The notes: generated from the sequence alone by a model not told the origin. 64,000 nt of DNA from Nitrospirota bacterium (GCA_040754455.1 JBFMCP010000009.1:22337-86336), one strand, 5' to 3'. Shown: positions 45,506 to 55,045, counted from the stretch's first letter. Numbers and translations: made by a program.

Positions 45506-46045
45506 TTAGGTGTTACGCGGAATCAGCGCTATGAGATCGCCGCGACGGACATGTTCACCGTCCTCGGCGATGATAAAAGCGCCGACAGGCAGGAGATACC
45601 GTGCCGGACGGTGCTTTTCGAGCTTTATTGTCTTCCCACGCTCATCCCTTATCTCTATCCGGGGACGCGCATTCTGGACCGAAATCACCATTCTGTGCTC
45701 GACCTCCGGGAGTCTATCTTTGTCCACGACGACCGTCGTGCCGTCGATGATATCATTATAGGCGACTCTTCCCTGCGCCTTGGCAAAAACAGGGATAAGG
45801 GGATACCACTGCGCCAGCTTCTGCCCCCTGTCGACACTGAGATCGTGGTCGACAAAGAGTTTTGCCCCCCTGGCGATCGGATGGCGCTCGAGGACCGCTC
45901 CATCAGCGCAGCAGATTTCAATCTTGGCGGCATCGTTCATCACATACAGTTCGCCCCGGTAGCTCTTCATTATTTCAGCATCGGCAAGTCTGATGACGCC
46001 CTCTTTTGACGAAAAAAGCTCCCACACTGCTCTCTCTTTGAACAT
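45506..46045 (-). CDS. stand-alone homolog of the RNA polymerase beta-prime SI3 (beta'i6) insertion, two SBHM repeats
   Basis: Collinear with E. coli RpoC ~943-1130 as recalled (ERHPIARGAKL, GQKLAQW, GRVAYNDIIDG, RPRIEI, ARYLLP, DGEHVRRGDLIALIP); GAGGT RBS before ATG 46045 (alternative start 46084). Confidence 0.8.
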   Translation of the reverse strand: MFKERAVWELFSSKEGVIRLADAEIMKSYRGELYVMNDAAKIEICCADGAVLERHPIARGAKLFVDHDLSVDRGQKLAQWYPLIPVFAKAQGRVAYNDIIDGTTVVVDKDRLPEVEHRMVISVQNARPRIEIRDERGKTIKLEKHRPARYLLPVGAFIIAEDGEHVRRGDLIALIPRNT

Positions 46046-46440
46046 AGAAGACCTCGATATTTTTTTATTCGACACTTTTTTCATAACCTTATTTTAACTA
46101 TAGCGCCTTTTTTAAGAAGGTTCATCTATTTTTAGGAGCGGAGGGAAAAGAAAAAGACGCCGGCACCCGGTATGATGTCCTGCGTTTGCGGGCCGGACAA
46201 GCGCGTGCGGAGCGTCCCTCTTTCTTTTTCTTCTTGAAAGAGGAGCCATTCAGATGTCACCCGGAGTGCAGGAAAGAGCATACAATCCGCAAACAGTGTT
46301 TATACTCCGTATGCTCGATGCTTGTTCCCGCTGTGGCCTTTCCCGCTGTAGGGAAAACCGTACAAAGGTGCCGTTCAGCAGCAGTACGCCTGCGGCTGTT
46401 TCCCTTGTATGGTCAACCGGTTTGTGCAACAGTGTTGTTC

Positions 46441-46456
46441 TGGCATATCCCTTGCT
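46441..46456 (+). promoter_or_regulatory. sigma54 -24/-12 promoter
   Basis: TGGCATATCCCTTGCT (GG-N10-GC). Confidence 0.7.
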
Positions 46457-46512
46457 CATTACAAGGTGATGTGTCCCACTTTTATCGAGGAAAGGAGCAT
46501 ATTGGAGAGGAG

Positions 46513-46971
46513 ATGCAACCCGCCAATATGGCAAAAGGTATGGTCCGCAAAGAATATGATGTACGCGATCTGCAGGAAGAAAAATCAGGGAAGAAAGAGG
46601 AGCCGGGGCTATCGAAAAAACAGCACCAACGCAACGTAGTGGGGACAACGTATTTTCCTCAGTACAAGGACCACATATGGCGCTGTGATGTCGAGATGGT
46701 GCAGACTGCTGACTGCAGCTCGGTGCGGAGACTGAATATCTTTGATGAATATACACGGGAATGTTTGCGCGTTGTGGTGAGCTTTCGTATCAGCTCCCAG
46801 GACGTGATGAATCAATTGTTCAATCTTTTTCTTTCCCGGGGTGTCCCGAAGTATATTCGTACTGCCGGCGGGCTTGAGGCCACTGCAAACGCGCTCCGCG
46901 GATGGCTCTATGATCTCGGGATCAAGGTCCGGCTTATCGGGCCGGGTATGCACAGGTCCGCCAAGGGATGA
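46513..46971 (+). CDS. degenerate IS3-family integrase-core (rve)-like protein
   Basis: HIWRCD, LNIFDEYTRECL, RGVPKYIRT; DNG replaced by AGG; GAGGAG RBS. Confidence 0.65.
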   Translation: MQPANMAKGMVRKEYDVRDLQEEKSGKKEEPGLSKKQHQRNVVGTTYFPQYKDHIWRCDVEMVQTADCSSVRRLNIFDEYTRECLRVVVSFRISSQDVMNQLFNLFLSRGVPKYIRTAGGLEATANALRGWLYDLGIKVRLIGPGMHRSAKG

Positions 46972-47019
46972 TGGTGCATTTTTGTTTCAGTTATGGTCGT
47001 TCAGAGAGACGGTGAGGAG

Positions 47020-47343
47020 ATGACGGATTTCAGATTCGAGAAATCGGGCAACTACGGTATTCTCAGCCTTGCCGGAGAATTGACGTCCGGTTGCTCCGGC
47101 AGACTGAAAGAGGCATTGATGGTCTCACTCGAAAATGCGGAGCATGTCGTGGTTAATCTGAAAAAGGTGACCAAGATAGACGCCCTCTGTGTCCACGTGT
47201 TTGCCCTTGCCTGCAGAAAGGCAAGGCAGCTCAAGAAGCAGCTCATATTGACTGGTATACAGCCGGAGGCACATACCGTGAAGAGGCTGGCAGCGCTTCT
47301 TCTTCCGTCTCAGGGAGGAACCCGTTTCACAAACGGATGGTAG
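47020..47343 (+). CDS. STAS-domain protein
   Basis: LAGELT, VVNLKKVTKID; GAGGAG RBS. Confidence 0.75.
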   Translation: MTDFRFEKSGNYGILSLAGELTSGCSGRLKEALMVSLENAEHVVVNLKKVTKIDALCVHVFALACRKARQLKKQLILTGIQPEAHTVKRLAALLLPSQGGTRFTNGW

Positions 47344-47508
47344 TCCCTTAGCCCTGGAAAAGCTGGCATCGAAATAAGATTCAAACTCCTTTCCATTACT
47401 ACCATCCCGTATTTGTGTTCCGAACAAAATAGCAGTATAGTTGGAAAAGAAGATGAAGTCGCGTATGCGAGGTGTCTCATAACGAGATTGAGCAAAAGGA
47501 TCCCGACA

Positions 47509-48894
47509 GTGAGCATCTTTTCTGCCACCGTTATGCTTTTTCTCCTGCTTGCCGCATCCGGGTGTGCGACATTCCCCGATGCGGCGGAACTCTTCGATCA
47601 GCTTCCCGAGTCCGGAGACCTGCCGCTCATCGTCGGTGCACAACGTCCCTTGTCCCCGCACGAAAGGAGGACCGCGCTACAGCGGCTCAGGGAGCAGGCC
47701 GGACCGACCGATATCCTGGAGCGGCATACCAGGGTAATGGAACTGGTGAGCGGAAGACCGCTCATCAGCGGCAACAAGGCGACCCTGCTGAAAGACGGTC
47801 CTGCCATCTTTTCTGCAATGAAGGACGCCATGCGTACTGCAAGCGACCATATCAATCTCGAGACCTTTATATTCAAGGACGATAGGGTCGGCAGCGAGTT
47901 CGCCGACCTCATGCTCGAAAAACAGGCCGAAGGCGTTCAGGTGAATGTTATTTACGACGGTCTCGGCTCCCTCAAAACCTCTTCCGGCTTTTTCGAGCGG
48001 CTGCGCGATGCCGGAGTGAAAACGCTCGAGTTCAATCCGGTCAGCCTTCGCAATCCCCTGGGGCTTTTGCGGATCAGTCATCGAGATCACCGCAAGATCC
48101 TCGTTGTCGACGGATCCGTCGCCTTTACCGGCGGTGTCAATATCGTGGACATCTATGCAAAGCCGTCGTTTGTGCTGGGCCTCGGCCGCACCGACGAGAC
48201 GCTCAAATGGCGCGATACGAGTGTCCGGGTGGAGGGACCGGCTGTCGCCGAATTCCAGAAGCTCTTTCTCGGTAATTGGCATCAGCATAATGGCCCGGAA
48301 TTGGCACCGCGGCGCTATTTCCCTCCCTTGCAACCACGGGGAAACGCCCTGGTCCGGGTGATCGGCAGCTCGCCCCAGATGAAAGGGTACGGTGTCGCAT
48401 ACCTTTTATATCTGTCCGCCATTGAGCATGCGGCATCGTATATCCATATCACCAACTCCTATTTTGTTCCCGACCGGCAGATGCTGACCGCGCTCAAGGA
48501 TGCTGCAGCGCGTGGAGTGGATGTCAGGCTCATTGTGCCCGGCATCACCGACCACATGATCGCAATGTACGCAGGGAGGTACCATTACAGGGACCTTCTG
48601 GAGGCAGGAATCAAAATCTATGAGCGGCAGGGCATGATCTTGCATGCAAAGACCGCGGTCATCGATAAGGTATGGTCAACGGTAGGATCGACCAATCTGG
48701 ATTACTTCAGCTTTGTGAAAGGAGACGAGGTGAACGCGGTGATACTCTGCCGTGAGTTCGGGGCTGAAATGGAGGCGATGTTCGAGGATGACCTCAGGGA
48801 ATCCAAGCAGATACTCCTTGAGGAGTGGAAAGAGCGCCCGCTTCTCCCCCGGCTGGTGGAGTGGCTCAGCCATCTCTTCCGGTACTGGCTGTAG
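47509..48894 (+). CDS. cls: cardiolipin synthase (phospholipase D family)
   Basis: Two HKD motifs HRKILVVD and HAKTAVID; start uncertain. Confidence 0.88.
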   Translation: MSIFSATVMLFLLLAASGCATFPDAAELFDQLPESGDLPLIVGAQRPLSPHERRTALQRLREQAGPTDILERHTRVMELVSGRPLISGNKATLLKDGPAIFSAMKDAMRTASDHINLETFIFKDDRVGSEFADLMLEKQAEGVQVNVIYDGLGSLKTSSGFFERLRDAGVKTLEFNPVSLRNPLGLLRISHRDHRKILVVDGSVAFTGGVNIVDIYAKPSFVLGLGRTDETLKWRDTSVRVEGPAVAEFQKLFLGNWHQHNGPELAPRRYFPPLQPRGNALVRVIGSSPQMKGYGVAYLLYLSAIEHAASYIHITNSYFVPDRQMLTALKDAAARGVDVRLIVPGITDHMIAMYAGRYHYRDLLEAGIKIYERQGMILHAKTAVIDKVWSTVGSTNLDYFSFVKGDEVNAVILCREFGAEMEAMFEDDLRESKQILLEEWKERPLLPRLVEWLSHLFRYWL

Positions 48895-49001
48895 GGGGTG
48901 CGCCGGCAACTTCTGGGGACAGCAAGTACAAAACACAGGTGATATAATAAAATCGATGGCTTGAGTACTTCAGGTCATATTTCACACGGGAGGTTTTCAC
49001 T

Positions 49002-49547
49002 ATGTTGAACAAAGCGAGGATCTTTGAAGAGGTTCCTGGCTTATATAAAATCGTTCCCCTCAACGTCTTCCGTCGCACGCCGGGCGTATTCTTCGATAAC
49101 GTGCCCACAGGGGCGTTCAGGAGTATCGATGCGATTGACCGTGTGGTCCACGTAAGCAATGCGACCTCGCCCGGTCCGGTAGGCGAGGTGAAGCGGCCCT
49201 GGTACATGCATCCTCATCAGGACGACAACCTGATCGTGACCAGCGGGGTGCGGCATGTCGAGCTCTTTACCAAACAGCACGGCAGGATCGAAAGCTTCGA
49301 AGTCGGTCCGGAATTCATCAAGAAAGGCGACAAGGTCGTCTATGAGGGCGCTGCAATGCTCTGCTGGCCCCGCGCAGTCTTCCACAGGGTCCAGAGCTAT
49401 GAGCAGGGCTCTGTGGCGATCAATTTCGCGGTGCATTATGAAGGGATCGACATACGCACGAATTTCAATATCTACGGTGTCGACCTCGATACCGGAAAAT
49501 TCCGTGTGATCCGGGAGGCCTATCTCGACCAGCCGGAAGAGGAATAG
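49002..49547 (+). CDS. conserved hypothetical protein, cupin-like
   Basis: WYMHPHQDDNL..G.R and PRAVFH; GGAGG RBS. Confidence 0.7.
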   Translation: MLNKARIFEEVPGLYKIVPLNVFRRTPGVFFDNVPTGAFRSIDAIDRVVHVSNATSPGPVGEVKRPWYMHPHQDDNLIVTSGVRHVELFTKQHGRIESFEVGPEFIKKGDKVVYEGAAMLCWPRAVFHRVQSYEQGSVAINFAVHYEGIDIRTNFNIYGVDLDTGKFRVIREAYLDQPEEE

Positions 49548-49785
49548 CACGGAAGGTGCCGGCAACGTGACAAGATGAGGCGTCCCTTATAGCATGCTGG
49601 GTTGTTATTCGCTGTACGGCCACCTGCCTGGGGTCCCGCCTCAGTACCTAAGAAACAGACTGCTGTGCAGTCTGCCGGGAAACGGGCACCAGTCGGCTAA
49701 AGTGCAAAGGCACCGCATCGATATTATATGCGTAGTATCCATACATTACCGCTCTATGAGAGCAGGTGAGAGGGGAAGGGGAAAG

Positions 49786-50157
49786 ATGCCGACCATTTTA
49801 TTTGTTGATGATGAAGAGAACATTCTGAGATTGTGCAAAGAGGAATTTGAGGAAGCGGGGTATGACGTTATCACCGCATCCAGAGGCGGAGCGGCGATCG
49901 AGGATATCATCAAGGACGTCACCGAGGGAAGATACCATATCGACCTTGTGGTGCTTGATATCAATATGCCAGGCATCGACGGCAAAAGGGTCCTCAAAGT
50001 ACTCAAGGACGTTGCGCCGTCCCTCCCGGTCATCGTCCATACTGCCTACGATTACCGCAAAGATGATTTTATTATGTTCGGATCCGACGAGTATATCACC
50101 AAATCGAGCGATCTTACGAAGCTGAAAAACACTGTACGCTACCTTTTGCAGAGATAA
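49786..50157 (+). CDS. single-domain response regulator
   Basis: ILFVDDE, LDINMPGIDG, HTAY, ITK. Confidence 0.88.
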   Translation: MPTILFVDDEENILRLCKEEFEEAGYDVITASRGGAAIEDIIKDVTEGRYHIDLVVLDINMPGIDGKRVLKVLKDVAPSLPVIVHTAYDYRKDDFIMFGSDEYITKSSDLTKLKNTVRYLLQR

Positions 50158-50230
50158 AAAGGGCTCTCCTCATTCTTTCCAAAACATCAGGCTCTTACAA
50201 CTGTCGTTCAGACAGAATGGAATCCGTTGT

Positions 50231-51592
50231 CTATGGGCAGATTGCTGCTTTGCGTTTCGATAGGGGAATGTACTTTGGCCTTCCTTTCAGTGACGAAACA
50301 TAGGAAGGCCGTATAATCCTTCCCTGAATGATCTCCTCGATCCGGTGAGCAGACCAGCCCGCGACCCTCGCCATGGCAAAGATCGGGGTGAAGAGCTCCT
50401 TCGGTATGCCCATGCACTGGTAGACGAACCCTGAGTAGAAATCGACGTTGGTGCAGACGATCTTTCCTTTTTTCTCTTTGACAAGCTTTGGCGCGATCCG
50501 GGCGATTCTCTTATAGAGTGAAAATTCTTTCTCTTTACCTGCCATTCTGGCGAGCTCCTCGGCCTTTGTCTCGAGAAATACCGCCCTCGGATCAGACACG
50601 GTGTAGACGGCATGACCCATGCCGTAAATCTTCCCTGTTTTATCGCCGGCCTTCTTGTCGAGCAGCATCTCGAGGTACCCGGCGACTTCCGCATCACTCT
50701 CCCAATCCTTCACTTTCCGCTTGATGTCGCTGATCATCTTGACCACGGCTTCGTTGGCGCCGCCGTGGAGGTGGCCGGAGAGCGAGCCGATGCCGGCACA
50801 GAGTGCCATATAGGTGTTCGCGCCGGAAGAAGAGACGCAGCGGGTCGAAAAGGTCGAGTTATTACCGCCGCCGTGTTCGGCATGAAAGATCAACATCGTG
50901 TCGAACAGTTCCGAAGTGAACCTGTCAGGGACTTCGCAAAAAAGCAGGTAGAGAAAATTTTCAGCGATGCTCAGCTCCGGGTCAGGGTCCAGCAGCTTTT
51001 TTGCATCCTTTTTCTGCATCAGGTTTCTCTGATAGTTGTAGGCGATGATGGTCGGGAATTTCGCGATCAGATCGATGCACTGCCGCGTGACATCCCGTAT
51101 GTCCGTTGAGTTCGGGTTTTTGTCGAAGAGGTGCATCGCCGATACGATGGTATGGAGCGAGCCCATCTGGTCTTCGTGCTGCGGCCTGCTGAGGATCATC
51201 TCTTTCACTTCTTTGGGAAGCGACCGCCGCTTTGCGAGCTCGCGCGAAAAACTCTCCAGATCTTTTTCAGCAGGAAGCTCGCCGGTAAGGAGCAGGTAGA
51301 TGGTCTCTTCGAAACCGAACCGCCCTTCCTCTTCCTTTCCCGCTACCAGGTCTTCGACATCGTAGCCGCAGTAGTAGAGCTTTCCCGGTATCGGTTTGAC
51401 CTTTTCGGTACCGTCGGCGCTGAATATCTTTTCATACCCGATCACCTGCCCTTTGCTGGTTATGCCTACAAAGACCCCGGTGCCGTCCTCGTTCCTCAGC
51501 CCGAGCTTGATGTTCTTCTCTTTGACGACCTTGGGATCGAGCTTGTCATGCTGCAGAGCAAGCGTTTCAACCTTTTTCAGTACATTATCCAT
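50231..51592 (-). CDS. gltA: citrate synthase
   Basis: HAEHGGGNNSTF, GHLHGGAN, GMGHAVY..DPR, NVDFYSG. Confidence 0.92.
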   Translation of the reverse strand: MDNVLKKVETLALQHDKLDPKVVKEKNIKLGLRNEDGTGVFVGITSKGQVIGYEKIFSADGTEKVKPIPGKLYYCGYDVEDLVAGKEEEGRFGFEETIYLLLTGELPAEKDLESFSRELAKRRSLPKEVKEMILSRPQHEDQMGSLHTIVSAMHLFDKNPNSTDIRDVTRQCIDLIAKFPTIIAYNYQRNLMQKKDAKKLLDPDPELSIAENFLYLLFCEVPDRFTSELFDTMLIFHAEHGGGNNSTFSTRCVSSSGANTYMALCAGIGSLSGHLHGGANEAVVKMISDIKRKVKDWESDAEVAGYLEMLLDKKAGDKTGKIYGMGHAVYTVSDPRAVFLETKAEELARMAGKEKEFSLYKRIARIAPKLVKEKKGKIVCTNVDFYSGFVYQCMGIPKELFTPIFAMARVAGWSAHRIEEIIQGRIIRPSYVSSLKGRPKYIPLSKRKAAICP

Positions 51593-51827
51593 GTGCTTTT
51601 ACCCCTGGCATAATTTATTACGGTACAAACGTGCGAATCAGATATTATAAAGGAAGAGACAGGTATTTAACTATAGGGGCCGGGGCAAACGCATCAAAAC
51701 AAGGAGCACGCGTATATGGGGAAGGGCAGAGCGGGTTGACAAAAGCGCTGAAAATAGCTTACATTTTAATGCCTTTCGACTCGGGTTCAAACATCGGTCA
51801 TAATGAGAAGCAGGGGGGATACGAACA

Positions 51828-52163
51828 ATGGACTACAGCTGTCCGCTCTTCAACTACGACTATTACGGCACGTGCATTGCGCACGATACCTACATCCCGA
51901 GTGTTACCGAAAGAAAGAGATACTGCTTCACCGATCAGTTCAGGTCCTGTCCGATGCACAATGTCAAAGAGGCAAAAAAAATACGGGTCATCTTTCACAA
52001 CGACCGCGGGGGCGTGGTCGACAAGGAACACCTTGACCGCCTGTTGTGGGAAGAGAAGATCAAGGAGTTCTATCGCTCCGACGGTTGGGTCGTCGTCGGC
52101 TGCGACCCCGTACGGATCAGGAAACAGTACTACAACGGCCCCGAGAGGAGAAAGCTCCTTTAA
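51828..52163 (+). CDS. GSU3473-like protein with a Cys-rich N-terminal extension
   Basis: FYRSDGWVVVGCDPVR..YNGPERR C-terminal motif. Confidence 0.65.
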   Translation: MDYSCPLFNYDYYGTCIAHDTYIPSVTERKRYCFTDQFRSCPMHNVKEAKKIRVIFHNDRGGVVDKEHLDRLLWEEKIKEFYRSDGWVVVGCDPVRIRKQYYNGPERRKLL

Positions 52164-52193
52164 TCCGCCCTTCCCTCCGGCATTCAGCGCGAG

Positions 52194-52382
52194 TTACACA
52201 TGCGGCTCTATATTGAAGGTTGCGACCTCCTTTATGCCTGGTAGATACTCGCCCACCGGCACCAGCCGCTTTCCTTCACTGACGCAGCCGATAATGATCG
52301 TCCACAGCTGATTCAGCTCTTCCTTCTCCCTGTTATTTTCCGGGTACATTTTGATTAGGGTGCCTTCAAGCTCGATTCTCAT
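52194..52382 (-). CDS. small hypothetical protein
   Basis: GGAGG RBS, 62 aa. Confidence 0.7.
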   Translation of the reverse strand: MRIELEGTLIKMYPENNREKEELNQLWTIIIGCVSEGKRLVPVGEYLPGIKEVATFNIEPHV

Positions 52383-52632
52383 AACTCATCCTCCGGGTTC
52401 ACGTAGTGTAAGGCTACCCAAATTATATCCCAAATTTTGCACTCCCGGTATGGGGGGACTAACGAATTTTTCAAAAGGAGCACCCGCACGGCACGGCTCT
52501 TTTGACGGAATCCGGGAGTTTAAGATAAACTGCTAGCTTGGGGGAACTTTCCATGACAAAGAATGCGCGGAATATCATGATCCTTTCGGGGATAAGCTGC
52601 GTTTCCCCGCTGTAAATAACCAGGCCGTTAAA

Positions 52633-52974
52633 CTATATATACATGAGCCCGACGTGGTAGTGGCTGTCTTCCTGCGCTACCCATCGTACGGTCGCCTTTT
52701 TCGGCACCGGCTGGTTGATCTCGACAAGAAAGCCTTTCTCCAGCGGGATGGATGTTTTAATGCGCATGCCGCTGCAGCACTCATCAATCAGGTGTCCCTG
52801 CCCATAGACTTTGGAGCTGAATTTCGGCAGTTGCCACTCGCCTCCTGCAGGATGATCACTATCGGGAGCTTCGTAGGTTCCCCAATACGTTTTAAACGTC
52901 ACAATACCGGATGCATGCTGCCGCGGGTGCACCCGTCTTTCCCGTATTGAGTCGGTATGCTGCTGCTCGTGCAA
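52633..52974 (-). CDS. PilZ-domain protein
   Basis: ERRVHPR (RxxxR), D..CSG, VRW, HVGL. Confidence 0.65.
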   Translation of the reverse strand: MHEQQHTDSIRERRVHPRQHASGIVTFKTYWGTYEAPDSDHPAGGEWQLPKFSSKVYGQGHLIDECCSGMRIKTSIPLEKGFLVEINQPVPKKATVRWVAQEDSHYHVGLMYI

Positions 52975-53010
52975 AGAGAACTCCTCGCATCATGAAGTGA
53001 TGCTTCGAAT

Positions 53011-53026
53011 TGCAAGATCGATACCA
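53011..53026 (-). promoter_or_regulatory. sigma54 -24/-12 promoter
   Basis: Minus strand TGGTATCGATCTTGCA upstream of the PilZ gene. Confidence 0.6.
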
Positions 53027-53244
53027 GAAGCCAGGGGTATTGAATTTACAATAAAATTATTGCAAAGCCCCTGAACAATGGTATTGATTTCACCCAATAT
53101 CAGGGTCATAGCTCCACAACTATAATAAATAAACATCCCCAGACTCACGTCCGTGGGTTTTCAGTGGTTGAACTAAAAGTAGTTACACTTGTAGGTAGGC
53201 ATTGCGCAAAAAGATACCGCTGTCGGCGTGGAATATCTCCCGGG

Positions 53245-53625
53245 CTATTTTACGGGGATGTTTGCTACGTTGAAGACGACCCACTCGCCCTGCCGATCGC
53301 TCTTTTCGCGTATTCTTACGGTAGCATTGGTGAAGGTCTGTTCTCCGGCTGCCCCCCTGGTCCCCTCTGCTGCTGCAAGCGTGATGGACTTCACTTCAAC
53401 AGAGAATCCGGGCGTGCCGCCGAATACCCGGTCACCAATGGGGATTCGCTCTATGCTGCCAAGCTCAAGAACACGCACCTCATATCCGAGTTTTTCATAG
53501 TAGTCGATGATCGAGGCTTGCGCCTCTTCGTGAGTGGGAGCTACGACCAGTCCGGCGACTGCAGGTGCGGCAATGAGCAGTAGCGCACAGAAGACAAGAC
53601 ATGCAGAACGAAGCGATGGTTTCAT
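53245..53625 (-). CDS. hypothetical exported protein
   Basis: Signal peptide; GGAGG RBS. Confidence 0.7.
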   Translation of the reverse strand: MKPSLRSACLVFCALLLIAAPAVAGLVVAPTHEEAQASIIDYYEKLGYEVRVLELGSIERIPIGDRVFGGTPGFSVEVKSITLAAAEGTRGAAGEQTFTNATVRIREKSDRQGEWVVFNVANIPVK

Positions 53626-53733
53626 CCTTCCTCCCTTTATACCAAAAGTATATCAGAGAAAAGGCTTGTGCACCACGGTTGAAAAGCGGAAGCTCTGTTG
53701 CGTAAGATAGAGGATCAGCAAACGGAGGTTGGT

Positions 53734-54069
53734 ATGTTTCAGCTGGTCAATTACATTCGTTACTATCACTATATGGCCATTGTGCTCGAAGGCCAGATGG
53801 CTGACCCACTCTGCGGCAAGTGCAAAGCGCTGGCGAATACCGCTGCCAGGACTGAAGAGGGGCTGGCGGAACTTGAGAGCGGCCACGCCGGTGAGATAAA
53901 AGATCTCCCCGGTGATATACGGCATCTGCTCGCCGAGGCGCGGTCCAAATTGGCGACGTTGAAGGTGCCTGAGACCATCACCGGTCAGAAAAAGGCAGGC
54001 AACTGTAAAATGCCCGACGGCGTCTGCTTTGTGAAGGCCTCGAAGGCGATCCTGGAACGAATCTATTAA
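53734..54069 (+). CDS. hypothetical Cys-containing protein
   Basis: GGAGG RBS; CGKC and CKMPDGVC. Confidence 0.7.
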   Translation: MFQLVNYIRYYHYMAIVLEGQMADPLCGKCKALANTAARTEEGLAELESGHAGEIKDLPGDIRHLLAEARSKLATLKVPETITGQKKAGNCKMPDGVCFVKASKAILERIY

Positions 54070-54111
54070 ACCGGCAGACTGTCACGAATTCTGATGCATC
54101 TGTATGCGGTG

Positions 54112-54135
54112 GTCATCCCGGCTTGTCCGGGATCC
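54112..54135. repeat. REP-like hairpin
   Basis: GTCATCCCGGCTTGTCCGGGATCC. Confidence 0.45.
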
Positions 54136-54245
54136 TTCCTCTTTCTCTCCACGACTTTCGCAGCCTTGCGAGTTCCTGAATGCTCTTTTGCAATTGTGCA
54201 AAAATGTATTGCAGGATTTTCCTTACCTTTCAATAATTTATATAC

Positions 54246-54261
54246 TGGCACGGAAAATGCT
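54246..54261 (+). promoter_or_regulatory. sigma54 -24/-12 promoter
   Basis: TGGCACGGAAAATGCT. Confidence 0.7.
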
Positions 54262-54299
54262 CTTTAATTGTCAAGAACAGCGAAAGGAGGAACACAACA

Positions 54300-54626
54300 A
54301 TGAAAACCAACACAAAGACATGGGCAAAGAAAGGCTTATATATTGGTGCGGGCGCAGGGTTGACCGCGTTCGCCGTCGCAGGTCTCCTCTACGGATCCTT
54401 TATCGGCGGTGTCATCGGGCTTAACATCGCGGGGAGCATTTTCGGGTTGCCGCTGACGGTGTCGCTCCTTCCGCGGCTGGTAGTCGGCGCCTCAATGGTG
54501 CTGGGGATCATCATTGCGGGAACGCTCTCTGTTACAGGCTTTTCGTTGATCGGCTGGCTTGCAGGAAGTGTGGCGGATGTTGCAGGGCAGGGCAGAGCCG
54601 TAGCAGCAACGGCAAAAGGCAAGTAA
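54300..54626 (+). CDS. small Gly-rich membrane protein
   Basis: AGGAGG RBS; hydrophobic; similar to the next gene. Confidence 0.8.
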   Translation: MKTNTKTWAKKGLYIGAGAGLTAFAVAGLLYGSFIGGVIGLNIAGSIFGLPLTVSLLPRLVVGASMVLGIIIAGTLSVTGFSLIGWLAGSVADVAGQGRAVAATAKGK

Positions 54627-54693
54627 TCGGCAACTATGACACGGAACTATACACTCGGAACGTGAAACGTGAAACCAAAAAGGGAGGTGTATC

Positions 54694-55029
54694 ATGAAAG
54701 CAAGAAAAGAAATGGTAAGGATGGGAACAAAGGTCGGTGCGGCACTCGGTGGTATCGTATTCCTGGTCTTCGGTCTGGTACCGGGCTTTTACTTCGGAAG
54801 CTATGGGGCGTTGATGGTGGTTAAGCATTTGATGGGAGGGCCGGTGGAGCCTACCGTTATCGTAAGGGCGATCATCGCTGTAGGAATCCTGCTCGGCATC
54901 GTCTGCATTGCATCCGTGAGCATCGTTATCGGCTCGATCATCGGGACCGTTCTCGGCTATGTTGTAGAGGCACTTACTTCCCCGAAAGAGGCCAAAGAGA
55001 TTGCGGACGCAAAAGCAAAAGTACACTAA
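54694..55029 (+). CDS. small Gly-rich membrane protein
   Basis: GGAGG RBS; hydrophobic; similar to the previous gene. Confidence 0.8.
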   Translation: MKARKEMVRMGTKVGAALGGIVFLVFGLVPGFYFGSYGALMVVKHLMGGPVEPTVIVRAIIAVGILLGIVCIASVSIVIGSIIGTVLGYVVEALTSPKEAKEIADAKAKVH

Positions 55030-55045
55030 GAGCACTACTTCTCAC

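Noticed and set aside
45506..46084. Calling this ORF rpoC or a split rpoC subunit
   Set aside because: It has no catalytic or trigger-helix motifs and no neighbouring rpo fragments; reported as a stand-alone domain instead
51676..51730. GGCAAAC-containing segment as a c-di-GMP-I riboswitch
   Set aside because: Lacks the GAAA tetraloop stem and GACGCAAA..CCTAA elements
54658..54677. CGTGAAACGTGAAAC as a parS site
   Set aside because: It is a direct heptamer repeat, not the palindromic TGTTTCACGTGAAACA; no parS was found by eye in the window
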